DNA from: Anolis carolinensis
Lineage: Eukaryota
Assembly (NCBI RefSeq): GCF_035594765.1
Contig: NC_085845.1
Location: 64,784,024 to 64,848,023, forward strand
Reading direction: 5' to 3'
Length of the DNA: 64,000 nt
Of this stretch, positions 36,176-47,530 are shown in pieces (position 1 is the stretch's first letter; every line of letters starts with the position of its first letter). A program made the translations under genes and the position numbers. Under the pieces are notes generated by a model. The model was not told the DNA's origin. It made no database searches and worked only from the letters and a program-made list of their open reading frames with translations.

Positions 36176-36732
36176 GGATTAAGGGAAATGAAATTTTCCA
36201 AATATTGGCAGACCAAAACACTCATCATGCCTAATCAGTATAACCAAGTGTGAGGGATAATGAAGGACTGTTCAGAGGGGACAACTAGAGACATTTGGTC
36301 ATTTGGTTCAAATTCCACAAAAGAAGCCCCCTTTCCTTAATTCATTGTGGACTAATATTACCCAGCAATATTGATTGCTAGGGCCCACCTTCCATATGTG
36401 TCAGCTCTTGCATCACACTCCCATCACACTCCATCACACTCCCAACATCATATTTGTCCCTAGTCGCATGAAGACCCCTGAGTGGTCTAGTCCAATGCTT
36501 CTTAAACTTTTTCAACTTGAATCTTCTTTCTGCCCATGAAATTTTTATATGACTCCATACGGGTGGATTCCAAGCCACACACTGCAAGAAGATTAAGGTG
36601 CAGATTTCCTTCAAGCAGGAGAGAAGGAAGGCAGTAAATGTCTGCAGGGGCTGGCAGGGTTTTGTTTCTCCTCCTTTTTCCTTATGTATGCCCCTCCACC
36701 TTTTCTTGACCCACACACTCCTAGTCCTTGTG

Positions 36733-37149
36733 GGGTGCTTCCCAAGGGGTGAGGGCTTGCAGAGGGACGTCTCCCCGGATCTCCCTCGGCCAGGCCATTG
36801 CTGGAGGAAACTTTCCTCCAGCAAGGGCCTGGCCAAGGGAGATCCGGGTCACGCTCAGCGTTTCTCAGAGGGACAGGCCCTTGCTCCAGCACGGGCCTGT
36901 CCCTCCGAGAAACAAGGAGCATGCTGCAAGTTTTCCTCGGCCAGGCCATTGCTGGAGGAATCCAAGGAGACGTCCCTCGGTGAGCCCTCGCCCCTTGGGA
37001 AGCTCCCGCTGCTGCCTAGCAACACTCACAGGCACTTCCCTAAACAGGATTGCCAGGAGGGATAATAGGGCCTCCCGGCAATCTGAGCGGTTCTGGTTAT
37101 CCTAGATTGGGCCCGCCCCTTTATCTTGAATAACCAGGACTCTATTGTA
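36733..37149. repeat. GC-rich nested inverted-repeat (fold-back) cassette ending in a mariner/Tigger-like terminus
   Basis: Five stems of 42, 37, 26, 13 and 16 bp (see findings). Right end GAATAACCAGGACTCTATTG|TA. Confidence 0.85.
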
Positions 37150-37287
37150 TTTGTTATTTTAAAAAAACCTGTATTAAATACTTGGATTTAGGGGAACTAT
37201 TTTTCACATTTGAAGTTTTTTCACTGTTTCTGTATTAATATGTAACATATCAATTATATGGGAGCTGAGAAATACTGAGTTAAATCA

Positions 37288-37567
37288 TTTTTTTCTGTGT
37301 CAGGAGCGACTTGAGAAACTGCAACTTGCTTCTGGTGTGAGAGAATTGGCCGTCTGCAAGGACGTTGCCCAAGGGATGCCCAGATGTTTTGATGTTTTAC
37401 TCTCCTTGAGGGAGGCTTCTCTCAAGTCTCCACATGGAACTGGAGCTGATAGAGGGAGCTCATCCGCGCTTTCCCTGGGTTGGATTCGAACCCGCAAATT
37501 TCAGGTCAGCAAGCCAACCTTCAAGTCAGCAGTCCTGCCACCACAAGGGTTTAACTCGCTGCATCCT
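37288..37567 (-). mobile_element. SINE with Vingi-type tail (second copy of the 23194 family)
   Basis: Near-identical to 23194-23500. Flanks AGTTAAATCA / AGTTAATTCA form a probable 10-bp TSD. Confidence 0.85.
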
Positions 37568-40500
37568 AGTTAATTCAATAACTGGTCAGAAACTCAAGTA
37601 AATTGGAAGCAGATTATATGGTAGCTGCCATTAACAGGAAGTTGAAACGGAAATCAAAGAAGAGAGAATAGATGGGCCCCAAACATCATTATTTTGGAAT
37701 CACAACAAACATGCCCTCACCCTTATGACCGAGGCAAAAATAGATTACTGGTAGTGTTCTTTTGTTTCATCATTAATTCATTCATCCTAACTTACTCTCA
37801 CCAACTGGACTCAAGGTATTTTACAATAAACTGGTATAAATACTACTGAAACAGAAGACAAATAATAGCATGAAAACTAAAAGCACAATTTTAAAACATA
37901 GCAGTAAAAGCATATGCAAGATCCATCCACTTAAAAGGCTCTTTCATAAAATGTAGAGTTTGTTGCCAAAGGCATGTCTGAGTCAATTTCTACAGACTTC
38001 CTCCTTTGCCTACAAAAACCACTATTGTGCTGATTCCATGAGGTTCCTATTTAATTGTTTTGTTGAAGTGGAGGGTTACATGGATTCTTGTATACCTTTT
38101 TCAGATGGACACATATATTTCAGATAGTTAGTGCCATTATTAACTAGCACCTGTTTATTAGCATATTAGAACTGATTTTTTGTACGTACGTTTTTTCCAA
38201 AATGCTCATGTTGCTCAACATATTTTCTTTTGTGAATCATAATGTGAGTCTAAAAATCTATGGATTCTGAACACATATTATACCCATGTTTGTGTCCATT
38301 ATGTGAGCTCTGAATAAGGCAAATCCATTTTAAATAATCCTGACATAGTGAATTTCTAATAATTACCATATCATCTTTATTCCATTGGTATCTGTCTCAG
38401 TGATATAGTGGTCCCCCACAGCTCCTACATTCACTGCTTCTTGGTGAAGTCTTTCTTTAAAGTCTAGCCAGGCAAAAGCATTGGAAGAAAACATGATAGA
38501 TGTTGTGATGTTCCTTTGACTGCCACAGGTTTTGTTGTAGCAGTCACTTGGGTAATAGATTCAGACCTCATGGAGTGCCAAAATATACACTACATAAAAG
38601 TGCACTCAACAACCACTCTGTTTACAGATATGACAATGACAGAGGTCAGTCACTAAATAGTTGAGATGACAGAGCTTAGTGCTCAAAATCTACTCATGCC
38701 CTAAAAAACAGGGGGAAAGGCAAAGGTCCAGGACTCCAGCTGTTTTGTACCAGTTCTCACTTTTTTTTGCCCTGTGTTAACATAAAAACTGATGTTGAGC
38801 CTTATTCTATATGAGGAAAACTCCTGTTTGGCAAGTATGATGATCTTATAATGCAAAAAATGTGACCATTCATGTGTTTTAACAGTTCAATCCAACATAA
38901 GTATTTTTTGTATGCTAGTGATGGAAAACACTGTTTTCAATTCTTGAGATGAACATAGTTTGGCAGGAAGCTTTACTTAGTGGCATAGTATATATGCTTT
39001 GTCAAAGGTTCAGTTTTCAGCCTTGGATGTCTACATTTGGACATCTGATCAGAGAAAGACCTCTGTAAGAGGCCCTGAAATGATTGACAGAGTACTGGCA
39101 TCTTGATGGACTAATGAGCTGTCCCTTTTGGTGGCATACTAAAGATGAAATAGTACTGGTAGGCACCATGACACCCCTTTTTAGGGGGTGAAGGGTGAAC
39201 TTCCATAACAGTTTCTATAAGCTTTGGAGGTTGGGAGCCTGAAAAGGGGGGTTACGCTTGGAGCTGGAATGAGGGTTCTCAATCTTTCAAAGAACTGAAG
39301 TTTGGGAGTGCGTGCCCTCAGAATGGCCTTCCAGTTATGCCAAGAGGTGCAACCAAAAAATTTTGGATAGCCTTCAGGTAGTCAGTGATACCTGGTCCAA
39401 GGACAGTTCTCACTAGGTAGCTAATAAACCATGAGTTAAATGTTACAGATTAGACTCCCTTAACAGTGTTTTTTTTTCTTCACAGGTTATTCCAGAAGTT
39501 CTTATAAATAAAAAGGTCAGAAAATTGCCCTTTAGATCCATTTTCCTGTGTCTGGTCTCTTTATTTCATGGTGGGAATAAAGTAGATGGACTGAATCATA
39601 TGGCATAACACAATTAGCTGAAACATTCCATATATCTTTTAAGTCTATAAGGACATGAAATTGGCAAAAATATATTACTGGTGGGCTATATTTACTTTGG
39701 TGAATTACAAGCAGGAGCAGTTTTCCTGTAAACATACCTTTTATTTTCTCTTTCACACGGAATTTAATGCCTGTGCACTAGATCATGTAAGTGATTCAGT
39801 CAATTTCTTGTCCTGAAAAGATTTAGATATTCAAATTCACACAAAATATATCTATAGTTCTCTCCTTCTCTCACAGCAACCTAGGTTTTTCGAAAGAGAA
39901 CTGCATTGGTATTAATATACTACAGGCTATTCCAAAGTGTTCATTATGATAGATTATTACCGTGCAAAGGGTTGACATGGTTACCATCTAAGAGTAATGA
40001 GCATCATGTGCAGGGGAGAGAACTAGAAGTAAACAGTCTATATGTTTTATGTCTTTATTTACATAAATAAGCAGGTACAGTAATTAAAGTTTATTTTTAC
40101 TAATGGAAGGTCATCTCAACTTAATTACATGAATAATTAAGTTGAGCAGACCACATGTATTTATCAGGGATAGCCAAAAAAAACCATTTCTTTAGCCTAC
40201 ATTTCAGGATAAAGAAATGTACTGTTGAAGAATAATGAAGATCAGTTATATCATTCAGTATTGTTTGTGGCTATGATCTCACAGGATGAGTGAATAATGA
40301 AAAGGAAACAAATCCTGACAACATAAATTTGAAATTACACTTATTGACACCACAATGTGAAGAAGACCCAAATCACTGTGCTAAAGAAAAGAGCAATGGA
40401 TGCATGGATGAAGTACACCTTTGTGGAGCTTGTTTCCAAAATGTACCAAATCAATTTGAACAATTTTTACAGATATTTAAAAATGTGCTAAGAATATGCA

Positions 40501-41334
40501 ATCTTTTGCTATAAAATGCAATTTTCCAAGCCCTGTACTGAAGTGATTTGATACATTTTGATAGTTTTGATTTGTACCTAATATTCTACTCCTAGCCAGC
40601 TATTGTGCTGCCATCTATAATTTGCTTTCCTTTTTTGGATTTGGTACTTTTTGGAAACAAACTCTACATTTAAAGTGCACTTTGGACATTGGTGGGTTAT
40701 GATTTAAATGTAACCTCTCTGGAAAAAGTTCCAATACATCATTCCAAGACAGTTTAGTGATAAGATCTGTTTAATGCAAGGTCAGAAAAGTGAATAATAT
40801 GTTAAGGTGCATAGGGATTCATATGGAAAATATTATAATGTCTTTATGTCATTTGATAGTGGTCTTTACCTATGCTTTGAAAGTTTGGTCACTTTACTTT
40901 TTGAAAGTATAAAAGGGTAATGCCTGCAAAAGGCATCTTCTTTTCTTTTTAAAAAATAAGAAGAAAAACTAGAGAGAAAATGACATAAAGTTTGAAAAGA
41001 GAAAGCAGGCATCTTGATTTAAACAATTAAATAGAAATACTTTTTAATAGGGCAAATCATAGAAATGGGAACAAAATAAAAATATATTACATGTATATGC
41101 CTGCTTTGATAACTAGTAGGACTGAATAGTATCAGCACTCAATAGCTTTTTGTGGAAGTACAGATACTTCTTGTGCATGTCCACTTCAGTTTGTAGCTAC
41201 AGTCAGCTACACTTCAGCAACATTTTTAAAAGTCAGTTAAAAATAAATAGCTTTTTTGTATTCCCTATCTCCCCAAGGGGACTCAGGGCAGATTCCAACA
41301 TGCAAATATTTAATGCCTTGATAAACAATAAATA

Positions 41335-41666
41335 ATAAAGGTAAAGATTTCCCCTTGAAATTAAGTCTAGTTGAGTCCGACTCTGGGGAGTGGTGCTCAT
41401 CTCCATTTCTAAGCCAAAGAGCTGGCGTTGTCCACAGACACCTCATAGGTCATGTGGCTGGCATGACTGCAGGGAGCACTGTTACCTTCCTCTCTGAGTG
41501 ATACCTATTGATCTACTCACATTTACATGTTTTCGAACTGCTAAGCTGGTAGAACCTGAGGCTAACAAAGGGAGCCCACCCTGCTCTACAGATTTGAACT
41601 GCTGACCTTTTGGTCATCAAGTTCTGCAACTCTGCAGTTTAACCCGCTGGGCCATCGCAGTCCCAG
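41335..41666 (-). mobile_element. Sauria SINE, inserted into an older L2-type tail
   Basis: Reverse complement of the 53905 copy with (ACCTTT) tail. 12-bp TSD AAACAATAAATA at 41323-41334 and 41667-41678. L2-tail remnant GGGGACTCAGGGC at ~41277. Confidence 0.92.
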
Positions 41667-42132
41667 AAACAATAAATACAGATATAATAAAAAGAAAACA
41701 TGGCCTATCAATTAAATTATATATAACACAAAACATAATTATCAATTTAAAAAACCCACCAAGAAATCTTTTAAAAATAGTCTTAAAATTAAATTCTTCA
41801 ATAACAGCAGTGTCATTAAAGAGCTAAGTATACTGACCTTATAAAGATAGTAATAAAGGCAAAGAGCTCCAAATGGGAGCTATTGTTCTTTTAAAAAGTA
41901 AAGTAGCAAAGTGTTGCTTTTCTTTTCATAAGAGAAAAGAAAACTTCACCATATTATTTAATAGGGTTGGGCAAAAAATTCGAATCCTTCTGATGTCGTA
42001 TCCAATTCGTATGTTTTCTCACTTTTGAACTGTGTTTAGAAAAAGGTTATCCTGTCGTATGTATCCCACGATATCGAACCCTTGATTGCCAATTTTTCGA
42101 ATGGTGTCGAATGTTTCGGAGGGGGCAAGCAT

Positions 42133-43035
42133 GGAGAACGAGCGGGGGAGAGGTCTGGGTGTGCTGGAGTGCTTGGCTGCTGCTTGCAATGGGCCGCTTT
42201 AATCTGCTTTGGAGAACGAGCGGGGGAGAGGTCTGGGTGTGCTGGAGTGCTTGGCTGTTGCTTGCAATGGGCCGCTTTAATCCGCTTTGGAGAAGGAGCG
42301 GGGAGAGGTCTGGGTGTGCTGGAGTGCTTGGCTGTTGCTTGCAATGGGCCGCTTTAATCTGCTTTGGAGAACGAGCGGGGGAGAGGTCTGGGTGTGCTGG
42401 AGTGCTTGGTTGCTTGCAATGGGCCGCTTGAATCCGCTTTGAAGAACGAGCGGGGGAGAGGTCTGGGTGTGCTGGAGTGCTTGGTTGCTTGCAATGGGCC
42501 GCTTGAATCCGCTTTGGAGAACGAGCGGGGGAGAGGTCTGGGTGTGCTGGAGTGCTTGGTTGCTTGCAATGGGCCGCTTGAATCCGCTTTGGAGAACGAG
42601 CGGGGGAGAGGTCTGGGTGTGCTGGAGTGCTTGGTTGCTTGCAATGGGCCGCTTGAATCCGCTTTGGAGAACAAGCGGGGGAGAGGTCTGGGTGTGCTGG
42701 AGTGCTTGGCTGTTGCTTGCAATGGGCCGCTTTAATCTGCTTTGGAGAACGAGCGGGGGAGAGGTCTGGGTGTGCTGGAGTGCTTGGTTGCTTGCAATGG
42801 GCCGCTTGAATCCGCTTTGAAGAACGAGCGGGGGAGAGGTCTGGGTGTGCTGGAGTGCTTGGTTGCTTGCAATGGGCCGCTTGAATCCGCTTTGGAGAAC
42901 GAGTGGGGGAGAGGTCTGGGTGTGCTGGAGTGCTTGGTTGCTTGCAATGGGCCGCTTGAATCCGCTTTGGAGAACAAGCGGGGGAGTGGTCTGGGTGTGC
43001 TGGAGTGCTTGGCTGCTTGCTATTGGGGCGCTTTA
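42133..43035. repeat. GC-rich minisatellite, 12 units of 75-78 bp
   Basis: Units start at 42133, 42211, 42289, 42366, 42441, 42516, 42591, 42666, 42744, 42819, 42894 and 42969. Confidence 0.97.
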
Positions 43036-43247
43036 AACCTATATCCCAGGATCTAGTTTCAGATTATCTGATTTAAACTGGATTATATGAGTTCTCTCTG
43101 CAGATAATCTGGGATAAGAAGAAAAGTGATGGATCTGGACCAAGCTTGGCACACACCAGCTGTGAATCCTAGGGGGGTTTTGGATGGTTGACCCAAGACT
43201 TTTGGGAATTGTAGTTCACCCATACATTTTCTCATGGGAGCATTCAT

Positions 43248-43253
<6 letters not shown>

Positions 43254-43280
<27 letters not shown>
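43254..43280. repeat. (GA)n microsatellite
   Basis: Directly visible. Confidence 0.95.
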
Positions 43281-43298
43281 CCATGGTGTAATGTAGTG

Positions 43299-43494
43299 CA
43301 GGGGTTCATAGTCCCTCAGACTGTTGAGGGGCCAGACTGTGGTGAAATAGTCCAAAATTAGGATTGTTGTTGTTGTGTGCCTTCAAGTCATTTCAGACTT
43401 AAGTCAACCCTAAGTGTAAAGTTTAGGACAGGGGCCAGGTCAATGGCATTGGAGGGCCGCATCTGGCCGACGGCCCTTAGTTTGGGGACTCCTG
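43299..43494. mobile_element. nested hAT MITE with OposCharlie/OC1-like ends
   Basis: Termini CAGGGGT / TAGTTTGGGGACTCCTG. 8-bp TSD ATGTAGTG/GTGTAGTG (7/8). Confidence 0.75.
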
Positions 43495-45141
43495 GTGTAG
43501 TGCATTATGGTTTCCTGAGTCCACCAATTTAACAAAGTTTCAGCCACAAAAATAAAGTTTCTGAAGTAGAACAATGACTTTCAAAGTAAAGACAACCCAA
43601 TGAAACAGGAAATAAGACTTCCAAACCAGGAACAGATTTCTGCAATTATTATAAAATGGTTTATTATAAAAGCTATAAAAATTTGCCAAAAATCAGAGGA
43701 TAAGAGAAATGTTCTGAATTTTTGTGAGCTATCAGTGTTAAATGTGTTCTACCACTGTACCAAGTTTGAAGAAGATAGCTCAAAAAATGAGGGTGGGAGA
43801 GACCTGCAAAGTCTCCCCCCTGCTGTGTTTTTTTTGCCACTGCGCATGCGCGTCCGCCATTAACGAATTACTTTTGAAATTAACGAATTTTCATTAAATT
43901 TCGAAATTTTTGAGGGGCAAAATTCAGAAATGACATCAGAAACTAAACGCTAGCGCCCCCTACTTTTGAAGCGAGTTTAGAATCCATTTTTTCATGGATC
44001 GCTCAAGCCTATTATTTAAGTGGCAAGTTAAAACCTGCCTGTTCCTCTCCATGGTGTTGGGAAAAAGGGGTCGGTCTAACCAGGGCCCTTTTTTGTCACT
44101 GTGGCTGCCACTGTGACAGCCAGCCACAAAGCTCTGGAGAGCTCCTGGCCATCACCGGGTGTCTGCGCAACCTGGGGAAATGAAGGGATTGCCCCCTTTT
44201 TTTCACAGGTCATATGGGCACCTTTATTAATTTCAGCTAAAGCGCCAGGATGTCAACTAAAGTGATGGCCAGGAGATCTTTGTAATACTGTGGTCAACTG
44301 CCGTGACAACAAAAAGCAGTTCAGCTAAGGGTGGCCTCCCAGGAGGGCAAACCAGGTTCAGTCTGACTGGGCAGTCTGGACTACAATCCCATTGCTGCCG
44401 TAAATTAGGAGCAGAGCATATAAACAACTTTGCTGAATGTGAGACTTGTACAAAGCAGCAATGCTCTGAACTGGCCCCGAATTTAGGTGACGGTGGAGGT
44501 GAACTTTCTGTCAGCTCCACACTACATAATTGTATTGACCATTCTAACTGCTGGGGGGAGGGGTACAATTCCAAAATGTAGACAAACATCTTGAAAGATC
44601 AAAATTCTCAAAGCACCGCAACACAGAAATATCACCATACTGATTAAATCAGGACAAAGAAAGATGTGCTAAACTGCCAAGAAAGCTAAATGACAGAAAA
44701 GTGTGAAAAAAAACTTCCTTGGATTTGGCAGACTTGATAAAAGTAGTGTTTTCACACTTCTCAGAATTCATTGCTCCACTTTACACATTTTCAAGGTTTA
44801 CACAAAATGTAAGAGAAATAAATGTGCAAGGAACAGTGTGCACACTTTTAAATGTAAACAGATAGAACTGGGAATATGGCGGGATGCACACACACATGCT
44901 TTAATAGAGGAAAATATATAAATTAGGGAAATGCATGGACAAATATGTGCAGTGGGAAAAATACATTTGCAAAACACTGAATTTCACATGGGGATAAACA
45001 AGCTCTCACAACCCAGTACAATACAAGGATGGAAGAAATAACAGGTGGAATTTAATGAAATCTAGACACAATGAAATCTAGACTAAAAGATTTTTACCTG
45101 CCTCATTTGAGTTGCAAATGGTCAGTGGGGAGGAAGACTGA

Positions 45142-45585
45142 GGGCTCATCAACACTTGACCTCTTCACATGTGCTGTCAGAATCGCCACTCATCGTGGTG
45201 AATCCGGCAGTCCCCAGTGTGAGATGTGGGGAATCCCTCACTTCACACCTCACATCTCCCAACTCACTTGTTGCCCTATTCAACAGGAGGAAGCGGTGGC
45301 TGCCCAGCCTCCCCTTGTTGATTGCCATTGAACATGGGACTCCTCCTGTGTTGCCACTGTGGTGGCATGTAGTTCAGCATTGTGGGATGGGAACCTATGG
45401 ACTCTGTCGTAAAACTGTAGAGAAAGCAGTGCATGCTGCCAAAAAACATACCGTCTGATGAGGTTGTAAGACTGCATAATGTAGTTTGAAGCTTGCAGTA
45501 GCTAGATCATCTATCATCTGCACAGCAAAACAGATTTCTGCCAACTGATTTCGAACTGACCTAAGTGGTCATTGTAAATGTACCC
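45142..45585. mobile_element. Harbinger-type MITE (TSD TGA) with a second MITE (~45158-45465) nested in its left TIR
   Basis: TGA|GGGCTCATCAACACT...AGTGGTCATTGTAAATGTACCC|TGA. Inner ends GACCTCTTCACATG / CGTCTGATGAGGT. Confidence 0.75.
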
Positions 45586-45772
45586 TGAGATGAGATTTCC
45601 AATAAATTGGAGAAGGAGGGAATAGTAGGTAGTCAGTGAGCTGAAGAGCTACAAAAGGAACTGAAATGTTATAGAATGGTTGCATAAAAGATCATGTACA
45701 GACAGATATCTGCATGCACTCTTAGGTTAGGAGGGGGCATGTGTTGCTAGTGGGGAAAATGAAGCTTTATAG

Positions 45773-45890
45773 CAGTGCTTCTCAAATTTTAGTCTTTCAG
45801 GTGTTTTGAGCCAAATTCCCAACTAAATTGGTCAATGACCAGGGAACTGAAGACCAAAATATTTGGAGGACCAAAAACTAAGGGCTACTG
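45773..45890. mobile_element. degenerate hAT (Charlie-type) MITE
   Basis: CAGTGCTTCTCAAA...GGGCTACTG, same architecture as 53178 and 56538. Confidence 0.6.
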
Positions 45891-47239
45891 CTTTAGCAGA
45901 ACATATAAGAAACAATGTGGGATGAGGTGATAGTAGAAGCTAGATGATACATGTGCATTAAATCTTTGTCTGAACATATGGTATCTATTGCCAGAGCATC
46001 TATTGATCTTCTGGGCTTACTTTTGAATTGTTTGAAGTGTTTTAACACCATTTAATAGCTCTGAAAATAGTTTTTGTTCTACCTGAAGTGTAATCCTGTT
46101 TTGGCATTTTATAACAGATAAAAGCCAAGGTTAGTTGATTGGTCCACAATTACTCTCAATGAACAAGTGCATAATATATAGTCCAAACTTTGTCAAGTAG
46201 GGAAGGCAATGAATCGGTAGTATGAGTGCTAGAATAATAAATTCTTTATATTTGTTTATGGAAAAGTGTGATGAACAATATGAGTTACAATGGTTGAATC
46301 TTATCTATCTATCAAGCACAATAAATCATCAATTTTGTTATGAGAGAATATATGCTTTCGTTACCATGATGGGTACATTTGAGCAAAAGACACAAACATT
46401 ATCAAATGATTTATTATGATGTGGTAAGTTGGAGATAAAATATTAATGGTTAGAGATATTGTAGTAATCATTCTGGGCAATTAAACTTTAGGAGTTTAAA
46501 GGAGATTAGAAGGCCCATTTTGCCATTTCCTGTGCCTTTCTTCTTTTTACTTTTTAAAAGTTTTTTGTCCATGTGGGTTCATTGCAGCTTCCTTCTTTTT
46601 GTCAGCAAACAGACACCAATTGCAATACTATGAGTGCAGCAATGTTTCCAAAAACAATATTCATTTATTATGTTGTTGGTGATACAGTTGATGATATTAT
46701 TACAACTATTCTAAACTCTAATGCAAAGAAAGCATCTCCCATAACACCAACTCCTTGGAAGCATCTGCTGATTTACAAATACTACTTGCGCCATTGACCA
46801 GTGTAAGGAACTGTCTTGGGGTTTAGGAGATAATAACTGAAAAAGCTTTGGTTTCTTCACCTGTTTCTACCTGCTGTGAAAAATAGAGAGGGAGAAAGAG
46901 ACTGTGACTTCCTTCTTGAGATTTTCCATTCTTAATAGACTTTCTCCTCTCTTCTGAAAATGGAGGGTACACTTTGTAAAAGGGGGAAAATAATCCAGTA
47001 AAGTATGGTGAAAATTCAGAGCTCACTGTTTTTCAGGGATGAAATAGAAATAAATATTGATAAGAAACTTATTTTAATTAGATAATACATTGTTAATAAA
47101 TAAATAAGTAGAAGGACTGTGTCTCTTCTTGGATTCATGTCAACAGGACACCAGAATTCTCTGAGAATTCTACAATGTTCATGTAAGGGATGTATATAAG
47201 CCACATAGCCAATAAAGCATATCCTATATAGTCAGACAG

Positions 47240-47530
47240 TCACAAACATCCTCTCTAAATTTGATAAAATTCCATCCAACCGTTTACCTGTGATGTGGTA
47301 ACAAACCCATATTTATTTACATAAGTAGAAATCTTTGAAATCATGCACAAATAACCAAATTAAACTGAGTGCCTCCCAGTGCTCCATGATCTTGTGCACA
47401 TCATATCACCTATTTTATAAGTCATACAATTTCAAGTATTTCCTCACATTTGGTGAAAATCTATCTACTCATTTTTGTATGACGCAGTAAACAAACAGGC
47501 AGAAACTTATATTTGTTTATATAATTATGT
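47240..47530 (+). mobile_element. possible Helentron/HINE-like remnant (two tandem 3' modules)
   Basis: AAATTTGATAAAATTCCATCC...GTGATG...ACAAAC and ATTTGGTGAAAATCTATCT...AACAAACAGGCAGAAAC...TTTATATA. Confidence 0.35.

Larger units (their letters stand above)
41962..44011. mobile_element. 2.05-kb non-autonomous hAT (Ac-like TAGG termini) element
   Basis: Termini TAGGGTTGGGC / GCTCAAGCCTA. Perfect 8-bp TSD TTATTTAA at 41954-41961 and 44012-44019. Subterminal TTCG/CGAA-rich arms. Confidence 0.88.

Noticed and set aside
36378-37105. Overlapping 112-155-aa ORFs, and an endogenous parvovirus interpretation
   Set aside because: The ORFs arise from GC-rich palindromic sequence and mirror each other. 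There is no Rep/NS1 or capsid-like translation nearby, so the ITR resemblance is architectural only.
42133-43035. CRISPR-like array or repeat-protein gene
   Set aside because: The units are contiguous with no unique spacers and no cas genes, in eukaryotic DNA. The ORFs on both strands are by-products of a GC-rich 75/78-bp period.
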